The notes below the pieces were generated by a model that did not search any database, was not told the origin of the DNA, and was given only the letters and a program-made list of their open reading frames with translations. A stretch of 64,000 nt of DNA, taken from positions 38,130,001-38,194,000 of the forward strand of contig NC_042999.1 in the NCBI RefSeq assembly GCF_006345805.1, in the 5' to 3' direction. A program made the translations under genes and the position numbers. This DNA is from Octopus sinensis (taxonomy: Eukaryota). Positions 39,473-53,703 of the stretch are shown piece after piece (the first letter of the stretch is position 1; every line of letters begins with the position of its first letter).

Positions 39473-40446
39473 CCGAAGCTGGGAGAATGGCACCGCGAGT
39501 GTTGCCATGCTCTCGAGCAGCTCTGTCATCCGGGTTCAAACTTGTGCGATTTCAATTCCACGAAGGCGTTCTACAGAGGTTTAGTGGAGGGGAGGTGCGA
39601 CGACGTTCTTGAGGAGAATTTGAGCATCGACGATGAATACCTAACCCGCCTTTTCAGGACCACTTTCGGGCCAATACCTATGGACAATTTCCAGAGATCC
39701 CTGGCCTGGCAGTTCTGTCGGAAAGCATTGTCCGTTCGAGTTAAGTTATAGAGACACGGATCAAGAAACACGGGACAAACGTACCCGAGATGCGGTGAGA
39801 GCGACGAAACCGTTCTGCACGCACTCATGCAATGTCCAAACATTTCAGACCTGTGGGGCTGAAATGTCGATCGGCTTCTGTCACGAGTGGAACGAATTCG
39901 GTTGTCAACCGAATCTATCGTAAATATTACCCCACCACCTTCCTTCAAATGAGAAGGCAAGTCAATTTTCATCGTACTCATGGCTAAGGTGAAAGAATGT
40001 GTATTGGTGAACTCGTTTGAAAGGTTTAGAAACAAACACTTTCCTCTCTGGCCAACATCACATTAACTTGTTCCAGTATCACTTGAAGAGTAAGGTAGTA
40101 GTAGAGAGGGAAGTTTTGTTTAATGAAAGCTTTAATAAAAGGTGCGTGAACGTAACAAAAATGGTGCACTGGAATGGTGGTACCACTTTGAGCATGAACC
40201 TATAAAAGAAGATAGAGGACAATTTGCTCTTATAATGTCTTTCCTTTTACCGAGGTTACCGTGGTTTTTCGTAGGTTTTCTTTCCACGAATGACTCTAGA
40301 AACACTAATTGTTAAAAATTACACGTTGTTATCTCTTTGTGTATACGTCCTAAAACGTTTTCGATCCCTTTTGCTCGTTTTCGAAAAAGAAATATTCTAC
40401 ATTGTATTGTCTCCTCTGTGTTCGGCCCTGCATGGCTAATAAAGTA
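39473..40446 (+). mobile_element. 5'-truncated Tx1-type LINE
   Basis: Homologous to 45820-46836 (FYRGLVEG, CPRCGESDETVLHAL); ends in AATAAA and a short (TCTA)n. Confidence 0.9.
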
Positions 40447-40463
40447 ATCTGTCTATCTATCTA

Positions 40464-40808
40464 TTTGTAAAAAAAAAAATAACATGTGACTTCATTGACC
40501 GAGGTTACCGTGGTCTTTTCCGTAGGCTTTTCTTTCCACGGGTAAACCTGACCTGTCCTCCCCTTTACACTTTATATTGACATTTCTGTGATAACGATCC
40601 ATATTGATCAAATTTTGTCCTTTTCCTTTTTTTCTTTTCTTTTCCTTTTTTTAAAAAAATTTTTACCCCCCCCACTTTCGTCCTCTTTCTTTCCTTTTAC
40701 GATCCCTTTTGATCGAAAGTCAAACCCCCTTTTTTACCCCCAAAATAAAAGCTCTACCTTGTAATTTGTCCTGTCTGTGTGCAGCCCTGTGTGGTTAATA
40801 AAGAAACA

Positions 40809-40809
<1 letters not shown>
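40464..40809 (+). mobile_element. Tx1-type 3'UTR-only copy
   Basis: Matches 30145-30371; (TCTA)n on both sides. Confidence 0.85.
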
Positions 40810-40888
<79 letters not shown>

Positions 40889-41218
40889 GACTGACGTGTT
40901 GTCACCTCGGCTCCGAAGGTAATCGTTTATTTTGACTATTTATAGCCCATATTTTGTGTACATTTTTGTAAATAAGGTGTGTAAGGCGCCTAACTTTCGT
41001 TTGAGTGCTTTTCCAAGGGAGGAATTCGCCCCTAGAGGCAGTTTGAACCCTATTTAAATTGTGTATTTTTCTTCTCGACATTAAAAAGTGTCGAGAAATG
41101 TTATTGTAGAACGCTTGTCGCGTTCCTTTATGGACCAGCATTTTCCTAGACTTGAAACGCTAGGAGAAAAAAGAACTTATGCACGCACACACATTCGACA
41201 AAGACAAACCTGAGTGAC

Positions 41219-43052
41219 GTGGTAGTGAACGCTGCAACCACTTGCGGTAACAGCCCTGTCACCACCACCACCACTAACAACAACAACAACGAGACTACTA
41301 CTGCTACCACCACCACCTCCACCACCACCACCACGACCAACATAAATGATAAAAATGAAATTCACGGGAATACTATTAACAAAAACAAGAAGAAGAACAA
41401 CAAAAATGAAATAAATATTTTACCATCTAATAGTGAAGATGTAAATATAACAGAATCAACAGCACCTGTAAAAGCCACGTACAAGAATATTTCGGATACA
41501 ACAACAACAAAAACACACGACAACAACTGCCAGAATATAACAGTTAATTTCGCTGACGCCCTGTGTCAGAAAAAAGAAATAATAAAATTTACGAATGAAG
41601 AGTTAATAGAAACGAGAGCACTCTTTGCAACCCAAGGGCAGGATTTAGTGCTGCATACACCTCAACACATAAAGGAACAAATAGAAAATAAGACAATTAT
41701 ATATAAAATTATTAAAAAATCAAAAAACAAAATGAACAGGTTACAAAAACGGACATAGAAAAGTGTTTAAAAAACATAATGAAAAAAAAGAATATATAAA
41801 CTGGGGTCCCCAGTTTAATACAGTGGTGGTCCGCTTCCCTAACCAGGAAGTGGCAAAAGCTCACTCTACGGAGTCTTTGCAAAATGATGAAATCATCATG
41901 GTCCCATATTACAAAGGCCAGAGAGTGAGTAGAATTAGCATTAAAAATGTACCCCCCGAGATACCTAACAGATGGATAACAGGAGCGATCTGCTACCATT
42001 TGAAAACGATAAACATTAGAAATCGCCGTGTACAAAAACGACAATTGGGGTGGTAAAACAATAGAAGTGACCATCCAGATTGAGGGGTCCTCTATCGAGA
42101 ACCTACCTGATAGGATCCATTTAGAAAATGGGCAAAGCCTATATGTTGTAGCAGAAGGCAAAAAGCCTAGATGCTACAACTGTGGCAGCCCAGAACATTT
42201 AATTGCCAAGTGCGTTCTGGCACAGAAAAAAGAAGAAAGAACAAATCAGAAAACAAATAAAAAAACCTTGTTGCCAACACCAACACACTCAATTATGGAA
42301 CAATGCCAAGAAAAACAACAAACCAGCAAACAAACCCCAACAACATCACCAAGAAAAGAAACAGCACCAACACAATCACCGTTGACGTCGCAAACAATTC
42401 AACATACTGAACCAACAAAAGATAGACCAGCACCAACGCCGAGAATGACAACTAAAAAAACAGAAAACAGTGACGAGAATACAAATTCTACCCCTAACAT
42501 CACAACAACACAAACACCGCACAAAACATCAACAATTTCTACAAGCATACATATTAACGCAAATGCTTTGCCTTTACCTCCTTATGATTCGGTGGAATCA
42601 TCGTCCAACGACGAAAGTTCGACGGAATGGCAAATAGCCACAGGGTGTAAAAGAAAACATCAAAAAACCCCACCAAACAAGTAAGTAAAGCAGGGAGATA
42701 TTTAACTCCGGACAGCATCCCCCTAGACAATCAAAATATCAATGAACCCGCAAAACCACACACACGACTAACTGCAATAGACACAGACAGTAAAACATTA
42801 ATGGATTACATTGCATCCAACACGAACATCTGTGAAGATGACTTTAAGACAAATAAATATCCGCGCACCACACCACCGAAACACATAAGAATTGTACACA
42901 TAACACAAACACAACACCATACACTGAAAACAATATTTCCGAATGCGGTAGGCGGGTTTCAACGATACCTCTCCAAAAAACTATACAAACACCTCCTCAA
43001 AGACACTACAAAAGAAGAAGAAAAAACTGAAGCTTTCGAAATGAGTAAGTGA
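41219..43052 (+). pseudogene. Tx1 ORF1 (gag-like, CCHC knuckle), frameshifted
   Basis: T/N-rich N-terminus, RRM-like TVVVRFP, PRCYNCGSPEHLIAKC, T/P-rich tail; split over 4 ORFs. Confidence 0.8.
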
Positions 43053-43118
43053 CCTTCCCTCTTGCCTCTTGTCACTTCCAATGTAGTGTGTGAAACACAA
43101 ATTTCTTAAACGTCAATT

Positions 43119-46100
43119 ATGCTTAAATTAGGTTGTGTGAATGCGCGTGGCTTGGCGTCGGCTTGGAAGCAAGGTTACCTTCTAAACGACATCAAGTCAC
43201 TGAACGTGGATATAGTAGCTATCAGTGAAACCAGACTCAGCAAGCGGCGGGCCCTCGCGTCCATGTTTGGCGATCAATTCGACATTTATTTTTCTCCCTG
43301 TCTGCCGAACATGGGTGGTGGAGGTATCGCGGTGCTTTTTCGAAAGAGTCTAAATGTAAAAGTAAGAACAATATTCCTAGACCCAGAGGGTAGGCTGGTT
43401 GTCTTGGACGTGGATGGCAGAAATGGGTGTGCATTCCGTCTGATGGCAGTTTATGCACCGTCCTTAACGGGTCGGGTGGATTTCTTCAGATGTCTAGAGG
43501 TTTTCCTGGGTACGTCTAGACCTTTACTGTTAGTAGGGGATTGGAACGCTACCTTGGACACGCATCTAGATTATGTGGAAATGGATAGGAATAGAAGGGG
43601 GTGTAAGTGCCTCAAAGACCTACTCAGATGTTTCCATTTGTCTGATAGGTTCCGACTCGACCATCCGAACGTGCCAACGTGGACTTGGACAAATCGCGTC
43701 GGATCGTCGAGATCTTATCTAGATAGAATTCTATGCAGGACAGCGGATAGGGATAGTGTAGGATGTCCACAATTTAAAATAGTCAGCTACACAGATCACA
43801 AATTTGTGACGTGTACGCTCGACTTAGATAAGATACATAGACAGGGTCCCGGCTACTGGAAACTGAACACGTCGCTTTTAGTGCGACAGGTTTACAGGAA
43901 CCGGATTAGCGAGTTAATTAAGAGGGCGCTGACGGGATCCGTCGTTAACAACCGCTGGTAGTTCGCTCTGAAAATGGCAATAAAATCGGAATCAACTAGG
44001 TTTAGCAAGGAATTAGCGATAGATCGAAATAGAGTAGAGGTTAAGAAACTAGAAGAGGCACTTACTACTGGCAGCGCAACCAACGTGCTGGCTGCGAGGA
44101 TGGCCCTCGACCAACTCCCCAACGCCAAGCACGAAGGTTGCGTCGTCAGAGTGAAAATGCGCGCCTTAAGGAACGAAGGGATCGAAGTTGCGCGAGAGGC
44201 CCGGGTAGCGGAGGCGCAGCGTGGCAACAGAGCCACCATTCGGTCTCTAATAGATCAACAGGGATGCAGTTTACTCGAGCCCGAAAGGATGTGTGAGGCC
44301 TTTCAACAACACTTTGCTCGACTGTTTGGTGCGAGTGGTGGGTTGGAACGCGGGATGGATTTCAGTGCCTACCTGACCGACCTGCTCCGGCTCTCGGCAA
44401 GAGAAGCGGAGTGTTGTGAAAGTCCCATCACAGCCGCTGACGTGCGGGATGCGATGGCGGGCTGCGCGAGGAATAAGTCGCCTGGATTGGATGGTTTACT
44501 CTATGAGCTGTATTGTCAAATGCCAGACTTGTTTGGCGTTCTCTTGGCATCAGTGTACTGCAACTGGCAGCAAAACAGGAGAATCCCCGGTTTCGTGACC
44601 CGAGGTGCAGTGACGTTGCTGAAGAAAGAGCCAAACAAGAGGAATTTTATAGATAATTTCAGGCCCATCACTGTGCTCAACGCAGAGTTGAAAATTTTGG
44701 CCAAAGTAATAGCCGAGAGGTTGGCGCTTGTCATTGGTAGACTGTTCGACAGGGCGCAAACATGCGCCGTGCCGGGCAGAACCATACACGACAACCTCCA
44801 TCTGATGCGCTACATTGTGGACAGGGTAGTTAAGGATCCTGGCATGGGTGGGGCGCTGATCAATTTGGATCAATCTAAAGCCTTCAATAGGGTCGACCAT
44901 CGGTACTTGGCGGCCGTCCTCAGGGCGGTTGGCTTCGGTCCCGTCTTCCGCGGTTGGATCGCTGCCTTGTATAGCGGCATCCGATCGGTAATTCGGGTGA
45001 ACGGTCACCTGTCGAAATCATTTGACATCACGCGTTCGGTCCGTCAGGGGTGTCCCCTGTCGGAGCTTCTGTATGTATTGACTGTCGAGCCGCTACTGCG
45101 GAAGCTGGCAACACTGAGGGGCATCCCACGGGAACTGGGTTGCGGGACGAGCGTGTCGGCATATGCGGACGATGTCACCGTCATAGTGTCGAGCGAAAAA
45201 CATATCCAGATGCTAGGCGAGACACTAAGAAAATACGAAACGGTGATGGAAGCGAAGATTAACCCGGAAAAGTCAGTGGGTTTGCTACTCGGCACCTGGA
45301 GAAGCAAGCCCATGCCGTCCGACTGCGGCTCAGTAGTGGGACGCTGGACGGACGGACCGGTTAAATTGCTCGGGGTCTGGTTCAGTCCGGACCTCCAAAT
45401 GGATAAGAACTGGGACGAGATCACGAGTAGAGTGGTCGCTCTCAGCCAAACATGGGCCGAGAGAAAACTGTCTCTAAAATGCCGGGCGGAGGTGGCGAAC
45501 GCGTACATCGCATCCGTCATCAATTACCGCCTGACCGTCGTGCCTTGTCCCGACGCCACCATCACCAAACTGGAACGCATACTCTTCCGCTTCCTGTGGA
45601 AGGGTGGCGTTCCGATGGTGAGGAAGTCCATTTGCTGTCAACATCCGTTGAATGGAGGACTGGGCATGCCGTGGTTGATGATGCGCAGCCATGCGCTGAG
45701 ACTGCGACATCTCTGGAACTTCATCGACGACGGTGAACAGGTGTGAGTGTCGTTTGTGAGGCGCGCCTTCCCGCAGCTCGTCTCACTGACCGAACTGCAA
45801 ACGTGAATCAAGAAGAGACCGAAACTGGGCGATTGGCACCGAGAGTGTCGCCAAGCTCTACAGCAGCTCTGCCGACCGGGGTCAAACTTGTGCAACTTAC
45901 AAACGACTAAAGTGTTCTATAGAGGACTAGTGGATGGGAGGTCCGACGACACACTCGGGGCAAACCTGGGCGTCGACGAGAAATTCCTAACCCGCCTGTT
46001 CAGGACGACGTTCGGGCCGGGGCCTATGGATAACTTCCAGAAATCCCTGGATTGGCAATGCTATCGAGACGCACTACCTGTTCGAGAGAAGAGCTACAGG

Positions 46101-46550
46101 CACGGTTCGAAAACCATCACCGGATCGACCTGCCCGAGATGTGGTCAGAGCGACGAAACCGTTCTGCACGCACTCGTGCAGTATCCAGATATTTCAGAGC
46201 TGTGGACCTTCGTCGAACGGCTGTTGTCGCGTGTAGGACGGGCCCGCTTATCGGCCGAGTCTATCGTGAATATTGTTCCACCACCTTCCTTTAAACGGGA
46301 AGGCAAAACGGTTTTCGTTACGCTGATGGCTATGGCGAAAGAATGTGTGTGGTGGACGGGTTTGAAAGGACTGCAAACAAACACCTTCCTTTCTGGTCAG
46401 TCTCTCGTCAACTTTTTCAAGTACCACTTGAAAAGGAGGACGAGAATAGAGAGGAAGGCTTTGTCGAACGAATGTTTTAATAAAAAGTGGGTAAAATTGG
46501 CAAAAATGGTCAGTATGAAAGACGACTCAATTTTAAGCATAAATCTGTAA
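43119..46550 (+). pseudogene. Tx1 ORF2: AP endonuclease, reverse transcriptase, zinc finger
   Basis: NARGL, SET, GDWN, YLDRI, TDHK (APE); SPGLDG, FRPIT, LDQSKAFNRV, QGCPLS, YADD 45162-45173; one frame with in-frame stops at 43959, 45744 and ~45804. Confidence 0.93.
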
Positions 46551-46857
46551 CCAAAAGAGACAACGAGAGGTAAGGTGACTTACTCATGTGTTCATTTTCG
46601 AACTGTTTGAGGTGACCTTGGTCTTTTTTGTAGGTTTTTCATTCCAAGGCTACACCTAAACTGTGAACTTTATATATATATATTGCTTTTTTATATACCA
46701 CACCACCCACAGATCCCTATTGATCAAACCATTTTTTTTCGTGCCCCACCCATCCCACCTCGAAAAGAAAAAAAATTCTACATTGTATTTCGTTCATTTT
46801 TATTGTGTTTAGCCCTGTGTGGCTACAATAAAAAGTTATCTAACTATCTATCTATCC

Positions 46858-46935
<78 letters not shown>

Positions 46936-47436
46936 GCAAGCACATTATTATTTAAAGCAGGTTTTTGAATCACAATAATGCATTTACGGATGGAGAGTTT
47001 GAAGATTAAAAGCAAGGACAAATTCATTTTAAAATTAACTTTGACGGGGACTTCAAGTCTCACCTGAGAAATTACTCAACTATTGAAGTAGTTTCGTTTC
47101 TTTCCTCATGTTCCTATAAACTGAAATGAAAAGATACATTAAATTTAAGTGGATGCTCAGGTACTGAATGGCGACTATAGAAAATTGCTTTTTCTATTTA
47201 CTAGTTGAAATCTCCTGAATCCACTCCACAAATTATTATTTCCTATTAGAGTAATCTATCAGTCGAAACATAAGGTCTCCGTCAAAATATTTTTACCACG
47301 CACATACACAAATACACACACATATACATTTATATATATATATATATTTATACGTATGTATGTAGTGCTGTATGTACGAGCTTATTTTATACGCACTCAC
47401 ACATACATATAGACAGAAAATTTGAAAGAGAGGGAA

Positions 47437-47437
<1 letters not shown>

Positions 47438-47508
<71 letters not shown>
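47438..47508. repeat. (GA)n microsatellite
   Basis: Direct reading. Confidence 0.95.
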
Positions 47509-47514
<6 letters not shown>

Positions 47515-48234
47515 CGAAAGAGAACATTTGTGTGTGCAACAATAAAATTTCCCATTGTGAGGAAAATGGCGTCTAGGTAAGTATAATGATACTAGCGAAT
47601 ATGGCGGTTTGGTTTTATACGCATTATTGTATGTGTGAATATTAGACTCAAGTATTTAGCTATTAATATCTGTCTTTTAGGTCTATATCTGGTAATATTA
47701 TCTTAAGAGTATTGTTCTTGAAAGTTTGTCTCCCTGTCTCTGTATATAGATACGCAGATACAAAGGTACACACACACACACACACACATACACACATGCA
47801 CACACACACACAGACACACTGAAAACACACACGCACACACACACAACACGCATATATATATATATATATATATATAAAACTGCTTGTGTCTGCAGTATTT
47901 TTTTACTTTTACTCATGTATTATGTCTGTGAACATCATGTGGTCGCAGAAATATCTCAAAAGTGGAAGGTATGATGACGGTGCTGATGGTGAAGGTGGTA
48001 GTCTGTGGATGTTATAAACAAGGAGTCATTGTCTTCTATTATGATATCAGCGTTAATGTCGACTGAAGCGTTGATGTTAAGAAAATGGCTGGAAAAATTG
48101 TGGCCTTTATAAGAACATCACGAACAATTATGTCATCATAATAACGATACTTTAAAATATTCTAAAGATATATCAGTAAAAGTGATTCCATAAATATATT
48201 CTTTTTCATTTTAAGTAAGATAATATATATATAT

Positions 48235-48307
<73 letters not shown>

Positions 48308-48929
48308 TGTATATATATATATGTATATGCGCATATATGCATATATATATATATATCTGTCTTACACACACACACACACATACACATATATATAAATATG
48401 TATCAATATATATGTGTAAATATATATGTGTATATACATACATATATATTTGTATGTATAGGTATATGTATATAAGCATATATACATATATACAGAGAAC
48501 ACCCACCTTAAAGTGAAGGTATATATATATATGTGTATATATATTTATGTACATGGATATATAAACATATATGAATGTGTGTGAGTGTATATATACGTAA
48601 AGCATCACTCATATATTGTGCATATACATAGAGACAAACACTCAAGAAAACACTTGTAAATATATAGATTCATAGATAAAATGTAGTAAATTAATAAATT
48701 TAAGAGACGAAAAAGTTTAATTAATTAAGTAGAAAATTCAGAAATGTAATTATACTGTTTGTTGAGACGCATTTCGAATTTTATTAGTAAGCAAAATAAC
48801 ATAACGGAAGTATTATTGTCGTTGTGGGAATTCCAACTCAGGAATGGATGAGCAAATCTACTTACAAAATGCCCCCTTAATTTGAGCGCCCAAGATTTTG
48901 TGCATATTTAACATGTCATACCCCCTTAC

Positions 48930-49241
48930 ACACTTTGAAAAGTCATATTTGAGAGTGATTTGGCTTTTATTCCTAGAAAGTTCCGTGCACACTGTAGACG
49001 CTCAGTCATCGGTACGTCCGACATATTTACTTCCATGCCACATAAATTAGGATTGTCAATGAACCTATTATAAATGTATGTGAGATCCATTCCATTCCGG
49101 ATGCAAATATAAAGGAAGAAGTTGACAATTATATGTATTTTACATAAAGCTGTCGCTTTGTAAGTTTGTTCAGAGTTGACTTTCTTAGGCTCATCCCATA
49201 GACATAAGTAAAGAAATTCGAAACATCGATGTCTGAAATAT
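48930..49241 (-). CDS. Candidate 312-bp phase-2 exon of an unidentified host gene
   Basis: Acceptor catcttacag|, donor GT|gtaagg, ~104 codons open between them with a stop just past the donor; non-repetitive AT-rich sequence; no homology recognised. Confidence 0.35.
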
Positions 49242-49432
49242 CTGTAAGATGGCAACAATGAACGACAAACATGTTTTCACACCTCTTTATCATAAGAGAC
49301 ATAATTTTTTTAGCGGCAACTACACGGAATTTGGCTTTTAGCAGTTGAAATATGACGCAAACATATTTTAAATAATCTAAATTCTGCTTGTGCTTAAAGT
49401 CCGCTTGTCACTAACATTTCGTTATATATCTA

Positions 49433-49531
<99 letters not shown>

Positions 49532-49543
49532 CTATATACATAC

Positions 49544-49592
<49 letters not shown>

Positions 49593-49600
49593 TATATATA

Positions 49601-51770
49601 TAAGAAAATAGTAAAGTGTGAAAAAACGACAGAAGGCTTAAATGTTAAAAAATATATATTTGTGTCAAAATGTCTGGAGAATATTGGAAAAATTTTTTTT
49701 CCTTTCCTTAAAATGACATAATTTTAAAAATTTTTAAAGAAATTACCGGTTTCGCGTGTAGCTTTTCAAATTTCTTGTGACGTTATGTTTATATTGCATG
49801 GAATTATCGTTGTTTTTATTTCCAGGAGATTTCTAAATAAGGGGAGGTAGTGAGTGATTTTTTCCGGTGTAGGGGAGATAATCGCTTAAAATTTTTTTTC
49901 CCTTTTCCTTGTTAATTTCTCTGTGTCAGTATGTTCGGATGGTTGAGTCTGGGTTTGTACTTTTCAATGAAGAATGTTTCCTTGTTCAGTCTCATTTGTG
50001 TTGATGATCCGAAAGCACATTGGTAAAATGGGAAGATTAAAAATTGTGGCAGTAGTTGCTTTGCGCATTTCTCAATGTGCTCACTAAAAGGTATCATTCT
50101 ATATTCTGGGGATGCAATCTGTTGTCGATGCAGTGTGCATCTGCGTCCGAGTGATAGTCCCGTGGAACCCACGTAGTCTTGGTGGCAGCCCGAGCATTTA
50201 ATAACATAAATTATGTTTTCAGAGGCACAAGTAAAGTTAGATTTGATCTTAAATTTCTGTCCCTCTTTAAAGAAGAATTCTGATCCTTCCAATAGGTTAG
50301 GACATGTTGCACAGTTCGATCTACCACCTTTTTTTACTTTTGCATCCGTAATTTTAGAAGACAATTTTGCCTTTGTGAGAATCTTTTTAAGTGATTTAGG
50401 CTGTTTGTAGCTTTTAATGATTTGGTGTATGTTTAGAATTTCCTTTAATTTTGGGTTTTTATGAAGTATTGGTAAATTCTGGGTGATGATGGTGAAGGCT
50501 TCTTTGTTTCTGGGGTTGTATGTAGATATGTAAGGTAGTATTTTCGGGGAAGGTGTGTTGTTGTGTTGAACTTTTCTTAAAGTTTCTATGTTGATTTCTG
50601 TTGCACGTCTGATCCCATCCTCTATGAGTTGAGCTGGGTAATGTCTGTCAATTAGGGTGTTTTTGAGTTCTTGCAGTCTAAAGTTCCTGGTATTTTGTTC
50701 TGACACTATTGTGCATATCCTTCTTGCAAGGTTGAAGGGGATGTTTGTTTTAGTGTGTCTTGGGTGGCATGAATTAAAAAGAAGGTATTGTTTGGCGTCT
50801 GTGGCTTTGTAAAAAATGTCTGTTTCTATTTTAAGGTTAATTTTTTTAATTAGTATATCCAAGAACGGGAGCTCCTTTTGGTTGTATTCCATTGTGAACT
50901 GTATATTTGGGTTTATGCTGTTCAATAGGTTTTTAAATTTTAGGAGTTTATCTATGTTTTCATTCCAGAGAATGAAACAATCGTCTAGGAATCGTTTCCA
51001 ATTCTCTTTTATGCATTGAGAGAGGGAGTTTCCAAAGATTGATAGAGATTCCTGGTAAATGATTATTTCCATGTATCCCATTGTTAAGTTCGCAATGACT
51101 GGTGCTGCCCTTGTACCCATAGCAATTCCGGATTTTTGACGGTAAAATGTATTGTCAAACATGAAGTGGTTATGTGTAGGATGAATTCAATTGATTTAGT
51201 AATGAATTCCTTACTGATCCTTTTTGGTATTTCTTCCGGAAATTGGTCTAACCAGAATTGTATTGCCTCCAGTCCATAATTATGAGGAATACTGGTATAC
51301 AAGTTGACTACATCAAATGAAACCAGGATTGTTTCTTCCTTGGTTTTTTTTGGGAGGTGGTTTAACATATCTAAGTCATCTCTGATATGGCTATCGATAT
51401 GTTTAAGGAAGGGTTTCAAGAGGATGTCCATAAGTAGACTTAGTCTGTGTGTTTTACAGGTTGGGCCAGCTACAATGGGTCGTAGTTTTAGGTCCCCCGG
51501 ATTAGGTGTGTGTATGTATGTCTTTGGTGATTTTTTAATGGTTTCATTTATAATTTGACTTTTATGAATTTTTGGCAGACCATAGAAAAGGCTAGGTTTG
51601 CATTTAAAGTTTGTTAGGAAATCAATCTCTTTGGTTGTCAGTTCCTTTTCATGGGTTTTAATTAGTGACACAAATATATATATTTTTTAACATTAAGCCT
51701 TCTGTCGTTTTTTCACACTTTACTATTTTCTTATATATTCACCCACGTGCTTTACCAAACAAACTTTCTT
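49601..51770 (-). mobile_element. Penelope-like element, 5'-truncated, with an inverted pLTR end
   Basis: RT (LYGLPKIH, LRPIV, GIAMG, FLDD, LPFLD) and GIY-YIG (IIYVIKC...YVGST) in 51671-49912, one frameshift near 51180. 49601-49666 is the inverse of 51666-51731. (TA)n on both sides. Confidence 0.92.
49739..49774 (-). ncRNA. Minimal hammerhead ribozyme with U3-A8 core variant (family H4)
   Basis: GAAAT-TTGAAAA-GC tacac GC-GAAA-CCGG-TA-ATTTC: 5-bp stem I, 2-bp stem II, palindromic ACCGGT, GUA triplet; lies in the PLE 3' repeat. Confidence 0.7.
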
Positions 51771-51771
51771 A

Positions 51772-51849
<78 letters not shown>

Positions 51850-51893
51850 ACATATAAATATATATATACATATATTCATATATATATAAATAC

Positions 51894-51953
<60 letters not shown>

Positions 51954-52984
51954 ATATATAATATATATATATACATATAAATATATATATACATATATAA
52001 AAATACAAAATGGGACAAGAACACAATCATCCAGACAGTTAAGTGATACAAAAAAGGACAACAAACCATCCACATAGACGAACCAAGGAAAACAAGGATG
52101 GCTCATTCGAAGTCTTCTGTCCTCAGCTGAGTTACAGATTATCTTTGCAATTTCTGATGTTTATACTCGAGGTTGCTCCAATCTGGCCAGCCCCAAGGAA
52201 AAACTAAGCTAAGAGCATCAGATTCCTTGGAAGAAAGCAGCGAATATATACGAAAACAGGGACGAAAAAATACGGAGAATGCTACACAAATACAAATAAC
52301 AGGGGATAACAACAAGTGTCTTTCAACTAAGGACGAATTAAATTAAGCTGGCGTGTGTGGAAATAAAACCTTCCGGCAGGGATACAGGATTTCACAGGCA
52401 CAGGGAGGAATATATATATGTTGCACGGACGATGCATCTGAGCATCCTCTTTCCCTCTCTCTCGACTTCTCACCCTTCATTGTAGACTTCCTCTCTTCCT
52501 TCCTTCTTTCCTTCCTTCCTCCTCTGTTCTTTCTCCCGATCCTTCCCTCCCGCTCTCTCATCTGGCTTCCCTTCTATCTACTGGCTATACGTGACTAATT
52601 TTCTCATCTACCTACCTTTTTAACACCGGACGTTTAGTTTGACGATCAACATTTCCTCTTCTCTTGCTATTTGTTTTTCTACATCCATTCAGATGTCATA
52701 GGCGTTATCCATCATACCGGCGTTTGACTGAAAGGATGTATGCATTCCGTATTCGTTTCAAATCACATTTTAAAAAAAATTTCGTACGTTCACCCTGTAT
52801 TGTTTTGTTTCTTTGAGCCCTAATTCTCTGCAAAATTTGCGGGTGCCGCCGACATAGTGTTTCTCAGTCTTATTGTTAAAGGCACGAAACTGAGTTTTAG
52901 TATCTTGGTCAATAACTGATGAACAAATAGTGTCCTTCTGTGTCTGCCCTACGCGTACATCTTGCAGCATTTAATGCATTCGTT

Positions 52985-53026
<42 letters not shown>

Positions 53027-53042
53027 CACACACACACACACA

Positions 53043-53087
<45 letters not shown>

Positions 53088-53100
53088 TATATATATATAT

Positions 53101-53327
53101 GGCGAGCTGGCAGAGACGTTAGCACGCCGGGCGAAGTACTTCGCGGTATTTCGCCCGTCTCTACGTTCTGAGTTCAAATTCCGCCGAGGTCGACTTTGCC
53201 TTTCATCCTTTCGGGGTCGATAAATTAAGTACCAGTTACGCACTGGGTTCGATGTAATCGACTTAATCCGTTTGTCTGTCCTAGTTTGTCCCCTCTATGT
53301 TTAGCCCCTTGTGGGTAGTAAAGAAAC
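53101..53327 (+). mobile_element. tRNA-derived SINE, full length
   Basis: tRNA-like head; central GTCGACTTTGCCTTTCATCCTTTCGGGGTCGATAAATTAAGTACCAG (resembles the Meta-SINE domain from memory); at least 6 related copies in the window. Confidence 0.85.
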
Positions 53328-53650
53328 GTATATATATATATATATATACATAATACATACATATATGCTTACAATGACGATCTCTAAAATTATTAATGTC
53401 TTCTCGACACAAATGATTACCATGGTCACTCATACAAAGTTCATTTCTTCGAAATTCTTAGGCTGAAGAAATTCGTTAGCTTATCATTTTTGGGAGATGT
53501 ACCTCGTTGAAATTCTATAATTATATTCATTCAAACCGCAACAATTTCTTCTTAACTTATTTTCATATTGGCATATATTATGAAATATCTTTATCCAGTT
53601 ATAAATCAATAGCATGTAATTTCAACGTTTTTCCAAGCGAGTTGAGGGTA

Positions 53651-53651
<1 letters not shown>

Positions 53652-53703
<52 letters not shown>

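Larger units (their letters stand above)
40889..46836 (+). mobile_element. Near full-length Tx1/L1-clade LINE, disrupted
   Basis: 5'UTR, ORF1, ORF2 (APE-RT-zinc finger), 3'UTR with AATAAA; (TATC)n at 40810-40888 and 46837-46934. Confidence 0.92.

Noticed and set aside
52000-52340. Possible further pLTR with CTGAGGA on the minus strand
   Set aside because: No GAAA box or consistent helices; single copy in the window.
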